Assembly (NCBI GenBank): GCA_002269645.1
Contig: NIVC01001255.1
Location: 203,643-267,642, forward strand
Reading direction: 5' to 3'
DNA length: 64,000 bases
Source: Macrostomum lignano
Lineage: Eukaryota
Below the pieces are notes generated by a model. It ran no database searches and was not told the origin of the DNA. It worked only from the letters and a program-made list of their open reading frames with translations. Both the position numbers and the translations under genes were made by a program. Shown here piece by piece: positions 11,994-26,382 of the stretch. How positions within the stretch are numbered: position 1 is the stretch's first letter; each line of letters starts with the position of its first letter.

Positions 11994-12689
11994 TTCCTAG
12001 TCACTTTTTGATCTGCCATTTCGTCATTTTCAGGGGCTTCTATCGCCCCATTATAATTCTGCAGTAACTCTCTGGCCATCTCCCTACCAAAGGGTTCTAT
12101 GGTGAGAATTGAGTAATTTCACCGTCAACAATCATGCCAGTTGAAGTCGAATTCATTTCGGATTTGGTCACTTTGTCTAAATTTGCGTTAACATTTTTAC
12201 TCTATTTAATGCAGAAACACATGGTCATTCAGCACCAAAAAACTATATATTAATCTAGCTAGATTATTTTTGCCATGACTTGCCCCTTTCGGTTGTTCTG
12301 CGAACGCGTCCGCGCAAAGTCTAGCTAGACCAAAAAAACTGATTACTACATTTACGTGAGTTCAAAATCTATCAAACACCCGCATTTAAAGGTACATGTA
12401 AAAGTGGAATAGACCACATACGAGGAGCGTTTGATGACGAACTATTTAGTTTTTTTCAGTTGAATATTGGTCACTTTGTCATACAAGGCATATAAAGCTT
12501 CCATCTTCTTGGTCAGTTCGTATTTCAAAATGAAGAACTATAACAGATGACAATTTCTATCCAGCAACCAATTGTCTTTTGAAAAACGCTAAAAGCCATT
12601 TTAACGCAAAATTTGGCGTCTTTACTGCGAAGAATGAGTGAAATGATCTTTTTCGCCTCCGGATATCTACCCCATTTAGGCTAAAATTA

Positions 12690-12970
12690 GGCCATAGGTC
12701 GGCCATCTCCGGCCCGCAAAGCCTCTCTATTTGGCCCTTGGGTCATTTGAAACTGCAAAATAGCAATCCAGCCCCATCAAGGTTTGTGTCTCTGAGCTCG
12801 ACTCTTCTATCTTATCTTCTCTCTCTCTCCTCTTCCCTCTCTCTCTCTCTCTCTCGTCTCATCTCTCATCTCCTCGTTCCTTTTCCCTTCTATTCTCTCT
12901 CTTACCCCCCTCTCATCTGGCCCGAAGCTGGATCTGGCCATTTAGGGGTAAAAAAATTTGCCGACCCCTG
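12690..12970. mobile_element. hAT-like element end with an internal (TC)n tract
   Basis: It ends TTTGCCGACCCCTG (reverse complement CAGGGGTCGGCAAA, a hAT/Charlie-type TIR) and has GGCCCG subterminal motifs. The left TIR is not clearly found. Confidence 0.4.
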
Positions 12971-13452
12971 CCATAGACGGTAATAAATATAGCTTTCTGA
13001 TAAACGTGTATAAGTGCATCTAATTATGTCAATAGACTATGGAACATCACTTTTCATTGTAACACAAATACAGAATGATAAGACTTCGAATTTGACTATC
13101 TACGCTCGTAGAGCTTCAGGCGCGAAGATGTATGTTTGTGTCTGTGTGCTTAGTTAGAAAGAAGTATCTATCTTAAAAATCATCCGTGCTTTTTCAACGT
13201 CTCCATGCAGAAATTACCGTAAAACTGCCGCGTAGAAACAGCAGTACTGAAAGCCCCATAATTTGCCCGTCTCTGTCCATAACTTTGATTCATAATTAAC
13301 TAGCATAGTTTCATCTTGCCTGTAATTATCCGCCTAATTCATCTTTCTGCCCCCGGCTTCTTCTGTCCATTTTAGCCATTTTTCTTTCTTGTAAAATGCT
13401 ATATAATAGACATTTATCATATTGACTGGTTGTGTGCATAACTAAATATCAA

Positions 13453-15326
<1,874 letters not shown>

Positions 15327-15922
15327 TTGCTTTTAAGAAAATGTGCTTTCATTTCAAAGGATTCTCATAAATAATTTTCGGAGCGCCCCAAAGGGGGGCA
15401 CTATAGATTGCTAGTCCAATACTCAGAATATTAATCTGTCTATCAGTGACCTTTGCTTGCCTCTTTGCTGCTTCCCTCCTAAAAATTGAAATTTCATTAA
15501 AAACAGCACCCCAACAGATTCTAATCCAACAGGCGCATACTTTGAATCAGTCTGGCAGTTCATTAGCCGTCCAACTGTTATTAGCGACCTCACTTTGAGC
15601 TCCTCTTCGCCAAGATGACACTTGATCAACACTAATGGAAGTAATGATGATTCTGGATAATTCTCAGCTTTCATGGAAAGCTTTTTCTCAGCAAGATTAA
15701 AAATCTTAAGGCTGATATTTGCCCGAATAAAATTTTTCAACTGCAACTTGACTATAACTAAGGTCATCTCGTGCAAACTCAAAGATGACTTTTAGTCTAA
15801 GGTTTTTACTTGGGTGTCACTCTATCCATTCCTGCGTTACTTTATCCATCTTTTAGGACTCTTTCTCTAGACAAAATTCTAAGAATTCATGTTTTCACGC
15901 TTTTATAACCAACTGCTTCTAA

Positions 15923-16676
15923 ATCTGCCTCTCCCTCAGTGCCTGAGAATCTGCCTCTCCCTCAGTGCCTGAGAATCTGCCTCTCCCTCAGTGCCTGAGA
16001 ATCTGCCTCTCCGCTCTCCCTCAGTGCTTGAGAATCTGCCTCTCCGCTCTCCCTCAGTACTTGAGAATCTGCCTCTCCGCTCTCCCTCAGTACTTGAGAA
16101 TCTGCCTCTCCGCTCTCCCTCAGTACTTGAGAATCTGCCTCTCCGCTCTCCCTCAGTACTTGAGAATCTGCCTCTCCGCTCTCCCTCAGTACTTGAGAAT
16201 CTGCCTCTCCCTCAGTGCCTGAGAATCTGCCTCTCCGCTCTCCCTCAGTGCTTGAGAATCTGCCTCTCCCTCAGTGCCTGAGAATCTGCCTCTCCGTTCT
16301 CCCTCAGTGCCTGAGAATCTGCCTCTCCGCTCTCCCTCAGTACTTGAGAATCTGCCTCTCCCTCAGTGCCTGAGAATCTGCCTCTCCCTCAGTGCCTGAG
16401 AATCTGCCTCTCCTTCAGTGCCTGAGAATCTGCCTCTCCGCTCTCCCTCAGTGCCTGAGAATCTGCCTCTCCCTCAGTGCCTGAGAGTCTGCCTCTCCAC
16501 CCCCCCTCAGTGCTTGAGAATCTGCCTCTCCCTCAGTGCCCGAGAATCTGCCTCTCCACCCCCCTCAGTGCTTGAGAATCTGCCTCTCCCTCAGTGCCTG
16601 AGAATCTGCCGCTCCGCTCACCCTCAGTGCCTGAGAATCTGCCTCTCCGCTCTCCCTCAGTGCCTGAGAATCTGCC
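15923..16676. repeat. Minisatellite of mixed 26-bp and 33-bp units (CTGCCTCTCC[GCTCTCC]CTCAGTRCYTGAGAAT)
   Basis: Tandem copies are directly visible. The array lies about 270 bp upstream of the receptor ATG. Confidence 0.9.
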
Positions 16677-16949
16677 TTATCAGCTTATTTGATTGACTAT
16701 CTTAGATAGTTTCGCAGTTGTTAGTCAATGCACAGGATGCAGATAGTTATTCCCCAGCCCGAATATCCGATTAGATGCAATCTCTAAGGCCCACTGGCTA
16801 TCAAGCAAAACCCAGCCAATCCCAGACGGCCGATGTAGCTTTGCACCTGGAGGCTTTAAAGACTGTGTCTGTCTGAGCACCTTTCACACCGCCTCGCTTT
16901 GCTCCTTATCCCACACTGACCTGCATTCTCGTTTCCGCTCATCTCATCC

Positions 16950-17395
16950 ATGCCACCCAGCGGTTCCGCCCATCGAGTCCAGCTGCTGGAAAATCCGCCA
17001 CAGAACTTCAGCAGTTTCCAGCCCTGCTTCAGTGTCTGGTCTGAACTTCTCGATTCCTTTGATGCGGATTTTAACTTGAGCAGCTCCTACCGGTACCAGC
17101 CTGAGCACTTGGGCCGCTTCCTTAGTCTCAGCGTTGAGATCGAGCCGAGCCAGAGTAACAGCAGCGCCAATGCGACTTTCGTTGGAGGCTGTCGGATCTC
17201 CGCTCTGCCGTTTAAACCGTTTGCCTTTGTTTTTTTGCTGGCTGTGGCGGCAGTGTCTGCGGTGGCTAACAGCGCCGTACTTGTCAAACTGCTGGGCTGC
17301 TGCCCCAGTCAAAGGCGCCGCTTCTGCTGCCGCCGAAGAAGAGCTGCTGCTGCGGCTGGAAGTACCTCTGCTCGGGGAATCGGCTCAAAGGTATT

Positions 17396-17445
<50 letters not shown>

Positions 17446-20400
17446 CAGCAGCAGCAGTATTAGCAGCAGCAGCAGTATTAGCAGCAGTAGCAGCAGCAGC
17501 AGTATTAGTAGCAGTAGCAGCAGCAGCAGTATTAGTAGCAGCAGCAGCAGTAGCAGTATTAGTAGCAGTAGCAGCAGCAGCAGTATTAGTAGCAGTAGCA
17601 GTAGCAGTAGCAGTAGCAGCAGCAGTAGCAGTAGCAGTAGCAGCAGCAGTAGCAGTAGCAGCAGCAGTAGCAGTGGCAGTGGCAGTAGCAGTAGCAGTAG
17701 CAGCAGCAGTAGCAGTAGCAGTAGCAGCAGCAGTAGCAGTAGCAGTAGCAGCAGCAGTAGCAGTAGCAGTAGCAGTAGCAGTAGCAGTAGCAGTAGCAGC
17801 AGCAGCAGCAGTAGCAGTAGCAGTAGCAGTAGCAGTAGCAGTAGCAGTAGCAGTAGCAGTAGCAGTAGCAGTAGCAGTAGCAGTAGCAGTAGCAGTAGCA
17901 GTAGCAGTAGCAGTAGCAGCAGCAGCAGCAGTAGCAGTAGCAGTAGCAGTAGCAGCAGCAGTAGCAGTAGCAGTAGCAGTAGCAGTGGCAGTGGCAGTAG
18001 CAGTAGCAGTAGCAGTAGCAGTAGCAGTAGCAGCAGCAGTAGCAGTAGCAGCAGCAGCAGCAGTAGCAGTAGCAGTAGCAGTAGCAGTAGCAGTAGCAGC
18101 AGTATCAGCAGCAGTAGCAATAGCAGTGGCAGTAGCAGTAGCAGTAGCAGTGGCAGTAGCAGTAGCAGCAGCAGTAGCAGTAGCAGTAGCAGTAGCAGTA
18201 GCAGTAGCAGTAGCAGTAGCAGTAGCAGTAGCAGTAGCAGTAGCAGTAGCAGTAGCAGTAGCAGTAGCAGTAGCAGTAGCAGTAGCAGCAGCAGTAGCAG
18301 TAGCAGCAGCAGCAGCAGTAGCAGTAGCAGCAGCAGCAGCAGTAGCAGTAGCAGTAGCAGTAGCAGTAGCAGTAGCAGCAGTATCAGCAGCAGTAGCAAT
18401 AGCAGTGGCAGTAGCAGTAGCAGTAGCAGTGGCAGTGGCAGTAGCAGTAGCAGTAGCAGTAGCAGTAGCAGTAGCAGTAGCAGTAGCAGTGGCAGTAGCA
18501 GTAGCAGTAGCAGTAGCAGTAGCAGTAGCAGTGGCAGTGGCAGTAGCAGTAGCAGTGGCAGTAGCAGTAGCAGTAGCAGTGGCAGTACAAGAAAAACTGG
18601 GACAAGTGTGTTTGCATGTCGGAAAACTGACAGTTACATGTTCTTTTAATATGAGCCACGGGCATAAACTCGACGGACTTTAGACTTGCTGCTATTTTAA
18701 TTAGCACTCACTGTTGCCCATACACCGCATCCGACATCAGCTCAAGGACTGCTCAACCCGCCTCTCATGCAGATGAGTTTCTTCATCCTACACCTGGCAG
18801 CGGCTGACCTAGTGGTCTTGCTTACTCCTGTGGTTGAGCTCGTTAATATCTGGTCTGGCAGCTGGTACGGCGGCCGGTACCTGTGCAAAATCTACAGGAT
18901 TCTGTCAACATTCGGCCTGTACCTGTCCTCATTTATTGTGGTTGCCATTGCGGCTGACAGGTGCGCGGTGATCACGAGACCGTTCAGCATCGCCACGGCT
19001 GGACGGCGAGCGCGGCTTCTGCTGATCGGTTGCGTGCTGACGGCCGTGGCCTGCAGCCTGCCGCAGGTGCTGGGCAAGGAATTTGAGAGCTGGGAACTCC
19101 GGGTGCCAATTGGGTTGCTGGGGTCTACGGAGGCTGGACTAGGAAGCAAGTAGTCATGCCCATTCCGCTGACCCCACCTCACTCCCTGCCCCTACAGTAA
19201 CCACCACCTCACTCCCTGTCCCTTCAGTAGCCGCCACCTCACTCCCTGTCCCTTCAGTAGCCACCACCTCACTCCCTGCCTCTCCAGTAGCCGCCACCTC
19301 ACCTCTTTTCGAAACCATCTAGATACCTCAAAAATTAACAGGCAGCTGTCTTCGACATATTCGAGAGCAGCTTCTTCCAAAGCCACAATCTGGTGTGCAT
19401 GGAGACATTCGCCGCCGAGCTGGAGAACTCCTACAAACGCCGACTGTACAACATATTTGCATTCGCTATGATGTACGGTCTGCCACTAATTGTCATTACT
19501 GTCTGCTACAGTCGGATTTTGCGCGTTCTAACAGCCAAGTCGCGTAAGTGCAGCACGCTTTGAATATTTAACAATGCTGAACGATAACTTAACAAATATT
19601 TTACTGATAAATGTTGCACAAATTTTAGAGTCTTCCCAGCAACTACAGCAACAGCAGCAGCATCAGCAGCAGCCAGCAGCCGAGATCAATTACCTACGCG
19701 ATGACGACAACATATCGCTCCGGCGTAACGACGATGCCAGGGCAATGCGAAGGGCCCGCAGTTCTACACTGAAGATGTCGGCTATTATTGGTGAGAGAAA
19801 GGCCTTCCAGTCCATCCACCTCAATCCCTGCCCCGATAGGCACACCCACCTCACTCCCTGCCCTTATAGGCACACCCACCTCACTCCATTCCCGATAGAC
19901 GCACGCACCTCACTCCATTGCCCCGATAGACACACCCATCTCACTCCCTGCCCTGATAGGCACGGCATACCCATCTCACTCCTTGCCCCGATAGACATAC
20001 CTACCTCACTCCCTGCCCCGATAAGCACACCCACCTCACTCTATTCTCTTTCGAGCCCCATTTTTGCTCGTAACCCTCGCATTTCTATGCTTAAATTCTC
20101 TAATTCATCTATGTCTATGAGATATACCGGTATATCCAGGTATTAAAATCACTTTGCTCGGGTTGAACTTCGCAGTATTGGCTTTCCTACTCTGTTGGGC
20201 ACCTCACTGGTCGGCTACCCTGTGGATCACCTTTACTGGTGGGAGCCATCAGTGAGTTCAAGTTTATCATGCAGAAAACATAGTTTATTGGCTAAACGGT
20301 CCAATATTGATCTGTGTATCCTGAGTTCTTTTATATTTACATTGAGAGGCCCTCCGTGCCTTCTTTTAGAACAGCGCACAGCGACTCGGACATAATTTAT

Positions 20401-21010
20401 ATGTGCCTCACATTTGCTTTTTTCAACTCAGCACTTAATCCACTCATTTATGGTGAGTAAAACTTATGCTCCAGAGAGTGAGGTGGATGTGCCTAACGGG
20501 GCAGGGAGTGGAGTGGCTGTCTCAATCGGGACAGGGAGTGAGGTTGGTGTGTCAATCGGGGCAGGGAGTGAAGTTGTTGTGTCAATCGGGGCAGGGAGTG
20601 AGGTGGGTGTATCTATCGGGGCAATGGAGTGAAGTGGGTGTGCCTGGGAGTGAGGTGAGTGTGCTTATCGGGGCAGGGAGTGAGGTGAGTGTGCCTATCA
20701 GGGCAGGGAGTGAGGTGGGTGTGCCTATCGGTTCAGGGAGTGAGGTGGGGTATGTCTCAGGGCATGGAGTGAGGTGGTTGAATATCGGGGCATAGAAAGG
20801 CAGGAGTGCATCGTACTTTACAATGCTCGTAGGCGCGATTTTCCTATCTCAAATCAAGGTGAAAAGCGCTAACTGACCAATCAAAATTTAGGTGTGTTCA
20901 CAAACCAGTGTCGCGCCATCTGCGAGCGAGTCTGTCAACGCCGAGATCCGAGTCCTCCTCTGGGAGATCACATTCCGATGCAACGGGTGCAAATCAGAGA
21001 CAGAGAGTGA
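16950..21010 (+). CDS. GnRH/AKH/corazonin-superfamily neuropeptide GPCR, 7 exons, 452 aa
   Basis: I reconstructed exons 16950-17390, 18773-19066, 19342-19543, 19629-19790, 20176-20238, 20375-20452 and 20892-21010. All are GT-AG with consistent phases (0,0,1,1,1,1), totalling 1359 nt. Motifs are MSFFILHLAAADL, WYGGRYLCK, FGLYLSSF..DRC, SLPQ, MYGLP..CY, TLKMS, CWAP and NPLIY. Confidence 0.9.
17396..18586. repeat. (GCA)n/(GCAGTA)n tri/hexanucleotide array in receptor intron 1
   Basis: It starts 5 nt after the donor at 17391. It produces the poly-Ala/Val and poly-Leu ORF artefacts. Confidence 0.95.
19172..19305 (+). repeat. About 30-bp minisatellite (core CCACCTCACTCCCTG) in receptor intron 2
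   Basis: Four to five copies of CCACCTCACTCCCTGYCCCTTCAGTAGCCR. Confidence 0.8.
19815..20040 (+). repeat. 30-bp minisatellite CACCCACCTCACTCCCTGCCCCGATAGGCA in receptor intron 4
   Basis: About 7-8 diverged copies. Confidence 0.85.
20480..20790 (-). repeat. The same 30-bp minisatellite in inverted orientation in receptor intron 6
   Basis: TGCCTATCGGGGCAGGGAGTGAGGTGGGTG is the exact reverse complement of the intron-4 unit; about 10 copies. Confidence 0.85.
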
Positions 21011-21474
21011 GATGTGCAATCATCAAGTCTCATACATGGAGCTGTACGAGTAATTGACTGATAACAATGTGGATGAATTTCTTGGTGATTATTATTTGTT
21101 TAATGAAAATAATTTATTTAGATTGATTTTCAGCTTTACAGTCTTGGAATTCATTGTCTTATACATGTATTTTTTGGGGATTTGCACTAGTCTTACAATT
21201 GTTTTCTCATATCTATCACTGTGTTCGATAATTTTTCAAAATCGAAAATTTTTATTTCAATGTTGACCCCTGTCAATCGATCTGCACTTTTTGAGACAGC
21301 TTTACAGATTTCATAGCAGCATTTGTGTGTCGTCAGTGGACTGTTGCCCTTACCTTACGCGCCATCTACCGTATTGTAATTACATTCTTCTATCGACATG
21401 ACTGTCTAACGCACCACTTCACCGCAACACGCTTCTTTCGAGTACTTAGATTAAGATTAGTCTGACATTGCTGT

Positions 21475-21745
21475 GCACTGTAGCGCCTGAGACTACTGTC
21501 TCTCTTTGTCTGACACAATTCATTGTAGCGCCTGACACTGCTGTCTCCCATTCTTCTGACACTTCAATGTAGCGCCTGACACTGCTGTCTCCCATTCTTC
21601 TGACACTTCAATGTAGCGCCTGACACTGCTGTCTCCCATTCTTCTGACACTTCATTGTAGCGTATCACACTAGCACTGTCTCGACTATTCTTCTGACACT
21701 ATCGTCTCCATGCTTCTGACAATTCCCTGCACTGCCTGACACTAC
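21475..21745. repeat. About 44-bp minisatellite (TGTAGCGCCTGACACTGCTGTCTCCCATTCTTCTGACACTTCAA)
   Basis: About 5-6 copies; same family as 23505-23706. Confidence 0.8.
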
Positions 21746-22160
21746 TACAATGCAGCACTAATTTTGCTAAATTCCGACAGCCCGACATCAATTGCAATTA
21801 TATACGAGATTACATGTTTTTGAGCATTTAATCTTACGAGCGTAGAGTACACCTTCGAATCGCTCGATTCTTCATCAACAGCAAACTATACGAGTGTACT
21901 ATTGCATTTTGAAGGAACTGAGAATAATAAAGCTCCTGGCCTCATCAGATGAAAGAGGAAACTACGACAGACAAGCTCCCCTGACAAAAATATTTTCTTT
22001 TCCTGAAGCTTTACTTTTAGAAAAATTTTCTGCTTCCGAAAAAATGATTTTCGCTCGATGCAATGCAGAATGCTGGAAATTTCAAAATGCAAATCCGGTC
22101 AAATGTGGATGGGAAAAATTATTGTCGTACCAAGATACATCTACACCATAGATACTAAAA

Positions 22161-23247
22161 TAACTAGATGGGCCACTCAGGCATTTATCACAGAATTTAC
22201 ATATATTCTGTGGCATGGATGAACGAATAGAATGGATTGCTATTCTGGCTCTGGCTATTTTCGTTTTTGACTCTTTTGCATCCAGTTCCCCCCCCCGTGC
22301 CTTTTCATTGGTTGATGATTGCCATACACAATTTTCGGCCTTCGCCCCTTTCTTTCGATGCAGGGGGAAGACCTACAAGCACGATTCGAGAGTCGATTCG
22401 TCTACAATAAAATCAGTTCTTTGCGCTTGTTGTTGTTGTTTACTCACTGCTTATTTTACTTTTATCACTACCATGCCTAATGGCTCAAAGCGCTACTGTG
22501 CTGCACTAGGATGTCTATCCAAGTCAGGGATGCGGGACGACACTGGAGTGAATATCAGCTTCTTTTCTTTTCCTGTCAAATCTCCACTTCAACTGACCGA
22601 ATGGATGAGCAATGTGAAGATGGCACCGCAGTTTCTAACAGTCTGTTCTCATCGTTACTGGTATCGTATATTCTCAGTTCTTTGCGCTTGTGCATCGAAA
22701 GAAAGGGGCGAAGGCCGAAAATTGTCTATGGCAATCATCAACCAATGAAAAGGCACGGGGGGAACCGGATGCAAAAGAGTCAAAAACGAAAATAGCCAGA
22801 GCCAGAATAGCAATCCATTCTATTCATTCATCCATGTTCTGTGGGCGCATATACTTTGTAAAACAGCTTTCTACTTTCAGTTCAGTAGCAAAGAGGAATA
22901 CATAAGCTATTTTATAAGAATAAAGGCAGCTGAAATGACTTTGATAAGTTTAGAAGGCTAGAAGCCCAAGCTTGCAGGCGTAAACAACTTGCTAATAGGT
23001 TCAGCAATAATGTACATTAGCCAGTCCACTGAAATGTACATGGCCGATTTAGGCTGGAAGTCCGAGAAAGGCAATAAAAATTGCGTGGCGGGTGGGGGTA
23101 GTGTGGAAAGGCTCCGTTGGGGGTTTAAGCTGGGGGTAAGAGCCAAAAAATCATTGGCTTTAAAAATACTTTAAAAAGCTTCTGTTTAATCTACTACTGA
23201 ACTGTAAGTAGTTTACACGCAAATGTGCTGAGTGGCCCATCTAGTTA
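22161..23247. mobile_element. Unclassified MITE-like element with 20-bp TIRs, host of the nested P-type element
   Basis: TAACTAGATGGGCCACTCAG (22161-22180) and its reverse complement CTGAGTGGCCCATCTAGTTA (23228-23247). The outer TA may be a TSD. Confidence 0.6.
22214..22836 (+). mobile_element. P-superfamily non-autonomous DNA transposon, copy 2 (623 bp), with a THAP-domain fragment
   Basis: It has about 147-bp TIRs (22214-22362 and 22691-22836) and a perfect 8-bp TSD TTCTGTGG. From 22473 it reads MPNGSKRYCAALGCLSK...FFSFP..PLQLTEW, the N-terminal half of a THAP zinc finger. Confidence 0.9.
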
Positions 23248-23504
23248 GTTATTCTAGTATCTGTCTACACCGAAGTTGCTTAATAAGTTTTCTTCATTGG
23301 TTTACAACGAAAAATGTTAAGTTAATTGCACATTTAATTTGCAAATTTATTAGAACTGAGCACCGTGGAACACATACCGGTAGTTACATGATTATACATA
23401 TAAAACATACTCACAATTTGGCAAAAGGAACGCAACATACAGACAATGACCAGAAAATATGTTATTGACACATGATTTTAGCACCTGCACCTGCTACTCC
23501 ATTC

Positions 23505-23706
23505 TCAGCATTCTGACACTTCACTGTAGCGCCTGACACAACTGTCTCCCCTTCTTCTGACACTTAACTGTAGCACCTGACACTACTGTCTCCCCTTCCT
23601 CTGACACAAGTGTAGCGTCTGACACTCTACTGTCCCTTCTGACACTTCACTGTAGCGTCTGACACTCTACTGTCCCTTCTGACACTTCACTGTAGCGTCT
23701 GACACT
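23505..23706. repeat. Second array of the about 44-bp CTGACAC minisatellite family
   Basis: TGTAGCGYCTGACAC...CTTCTGACACTTCAC units, about 5 copies. Confidence 0.8.
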
Positions 23707-23806
23707 ATCAGCACGGCATACCCCGACAATCTGAAGTTCTGACAGCAGATATTTCCAATGATAAAAAAATTATACAAAAAGGTACGCGAATTAAGAACTC
23801 GTTTTT

Positions 23807-25194
23807 TCATTTTCCTTTCAACGAGTCCAGAGTCAGGATGGGGTTCTCTGCTGCCTTCAAGTCGAACTCGGCCCACGCCGGGTCTCCTGTGTCCCTCACC
23901 AGGTAGACTTTGACGAAACCATCTCCAACTTCATGGGTGCTCTTTGCCTGGTCAATTCTGGCGCACAGCTTCGGGATGCTGCACCCATGAGGGATGGCGC
24001 CAGGCCGCCTGGTGAACTGCACCATCAGCGACTCCGGCTCCAGCCGCATCGTCAGGTCGCCTTCGGCCACTTCAGCCGAAGTCCAACGACTTGGCCGGCG
24101 AAGATAGTTCGAATGAAGATCGAACTTCGGCTTGATGCCTTCGATGGTCAGGCAGATGCGGATGGTGTTGGCTCGCTTCCGGTGCACTTGAACTCGAGAC
24201 GGACAGGTGTACGGCTCGATGGCGACCGCCGCCGCTGCTGCTTCGGTTGCTGAAGCTGGCGGCTGCAGTGTGGCTGCTGAGAACGAATAATAGAAAGTCT
24301 TGGTGGAGGGGCGATTCTCTGGGAGATTCTCAGTGAGGTGAGGGGCGATTCTCTGGGAGATTCTCAGTGAGGTGAGGGGCGATTCTCTGGGAGATTCTCA
24401 GTGAGGTGAGGGGCGATTCTCTGGGAGATTCTCAGTGAGGTGAGGGGCGATTCTCTGGGAGATTCTCAGTGAAGGGAGTGGCGATTCTCTGACAGATTCT
24501 CAGTGAGGTGAGGGGCGATTCTCTGGGAGATTCTCAGTGAGGTGAGGGGCGATTCTCTGGGAGATTCTCAGTGAGGTGAGGGGCGATTCTCTGGGAGATT
24601 CTCAGTGAGGTGAGGGGCGATTCTCTGGGAGATTCTCAGTAAAGTGAGTGGCGATTCTCTGACAGATTCTCAGTGAGGTGAGTGGCGATTCTCTGGGAGA
24701 TTCTCAGTGAGGTGAGGGGCGATTCTCTGGGAGATTCTTAGTGAGGAGAGGGGTGATTCTTTGGGAGATTTTTAGTGAAGGGCCGTTATCTAGGCAATTC
24801 TTTTTGATAGGCGATTCTATGAATTTTTTAATTTAGTGGGATCACCAGAATGGACGGAGGTAATTTATGCATATCCTACTTAAAGTAGATGTTCGTAAGA
24901 AGGGCGCCACATCACATCACTCAGTCTGAAATAATCGAATTTCTCACCGCCGGCTGAAGCACCACCGGCCGTAGCTCCTCCAGCTGGTGCTTCCTCGCCT
25001 TCGTCTTCTTCAGCATCCGCTTCTGCTGCCGCCGGATTTTTCTGGGCTTCTTCATCTCCTCCTCCATTTTCACTATCGCTGCCCTCATCGTCGCTTTCCT
25101 TCTGTTCTTCTTTTGTTGCTGCGGCGTCTTCCGGCGGCTGTTCTGGCTCCGGTTCCTGCCGCGGCTCCATCTCCTCTAGCTGCGGCTGCTCCAT
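23807..25194 (-). CDS. Two-exon protein (about 238 aa): acidic low-complexity N-terminus plus CS/p23 (HSP20-like) domain
   Basis: Exons are 25194-24948 (donor G|GTGAG, phase 1) and 24276-23807 (acceptor TTCTCAG), and they join in frame. The C-terminal ANTIRICLTIEG..LTMRLEPESLMVQF..CSIPKLCARIDQAKSTHEVGDGFVKVYLVR..W fits the CS beta-sandwich pattern. The ORF is open upstream of the ATG, so extra 5' exons are possible. Confidence 0.65.
24309..24780. repeat. 34-bp minisatellite (GGGGCGATTCTCTGGGAGATTCTCAGTGAGGTGA), about 13 copies, filling the CS-gene intron
   Basis: Direct tandem copies. Confidence 0.92.
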
Positions 25195-26382
25195 ACTTCC
25201 GTCTTCCGTGTGTCGTTTGTTTAAGAAATCGGGCTTAAGAAGTTGGAGGACCGGGAGTCCGGGACCACTGGGGTGAGCGGAGGATCGGAGCTTTAGGCTA
25301 CAAAGACCTGTGGTGGAGGGGTGGCTGGGCCATCTTTCTTCTCTCTCTTCTTTCCCTTACCCCACCATCCCGATCTGAACCGCATTCCTTCAACCCGTCC
25401 CCCGCCTGAATGTATACATACGGGTGCGTAATCTATTTTTAGAACACGCAGTCACCACACCACCCCTCCCTGGAGGGGCTTTCATATCGGGCCCTCACAC
25501 TTAGTTCTACTTCTGAAATAAACCCCCCAGGCGCCATGACGTGTACACTGGAATTGGAACCCCAATTTGACTAATTACGAGAATTGTTGGGGCTTCTGCG
25601 TTTATCGATTTTTCTCTCCTCCCAGTTTACAGTAAAGGAAATGTCGGAATCCAAGGTCAACACACAGCACCCACCCAATAACCACAAATACGATAGTTAA
25701 TCAGTGATGTAATTCTATGAGTAAGCCAATTTCTTTTAATCCTCTTTAATTCTGTGACATTAATAGACCAAAGGAGGCAAGAATTTCATGACAATAAACT
25801 CCCACCAGACCAAAATATCGTTGTTTGGCCACCTTAAATGCTAATATGTGACTGGGGGGCTAAATGAGTCTTAAGGCCCAAAATTTTGCAAAAACGCTGT
25901 TTTGTCAGTGACGAAATCACTCGATTTATTTAACGATAGGTTGAGAAATTCCCGAAACACAGTACAAAGTTAATAAGTATATTAATACACATGCCTTAAG
26001 CATTTTTATCGTTTATTTAAATGCAAAGCCGTATCCGTATGGGTAAAATCGTAGAAACATAAAAGCTAGTGCACCAAAATGCATTGCAAATGCAGCACGT
26101 ACAAGCATTGGCAGTAAGTATACGGTACACATAGTCTCGCTTCTTGTAATGCAACAACTTAATTAAGTGGCAAATCTAAGCATAACGGAGGCGAAATACG
26201 AAACAAAGAATAAAATAATAGACTTATAAATTAAACTTTGAAGCCATTGTAACTTGGCACTTAAAAGCAATATTGATAAAGCTTTGAAACTTTAATTGCA
26301 ATTGCAGTACAGCACTGTCACTTTTCAGTCTTTTTCATAGGCTTTTTGCCTAAGTGCCTAGGTGCCTAGGCTAGGTGACCTG

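Noticed and set aside
17284-18707. Poly-Leu and Cys/Tyr ORFs on the minus strand
   Set aside because: They are antisense translations of the intronic GCA/GTA array.
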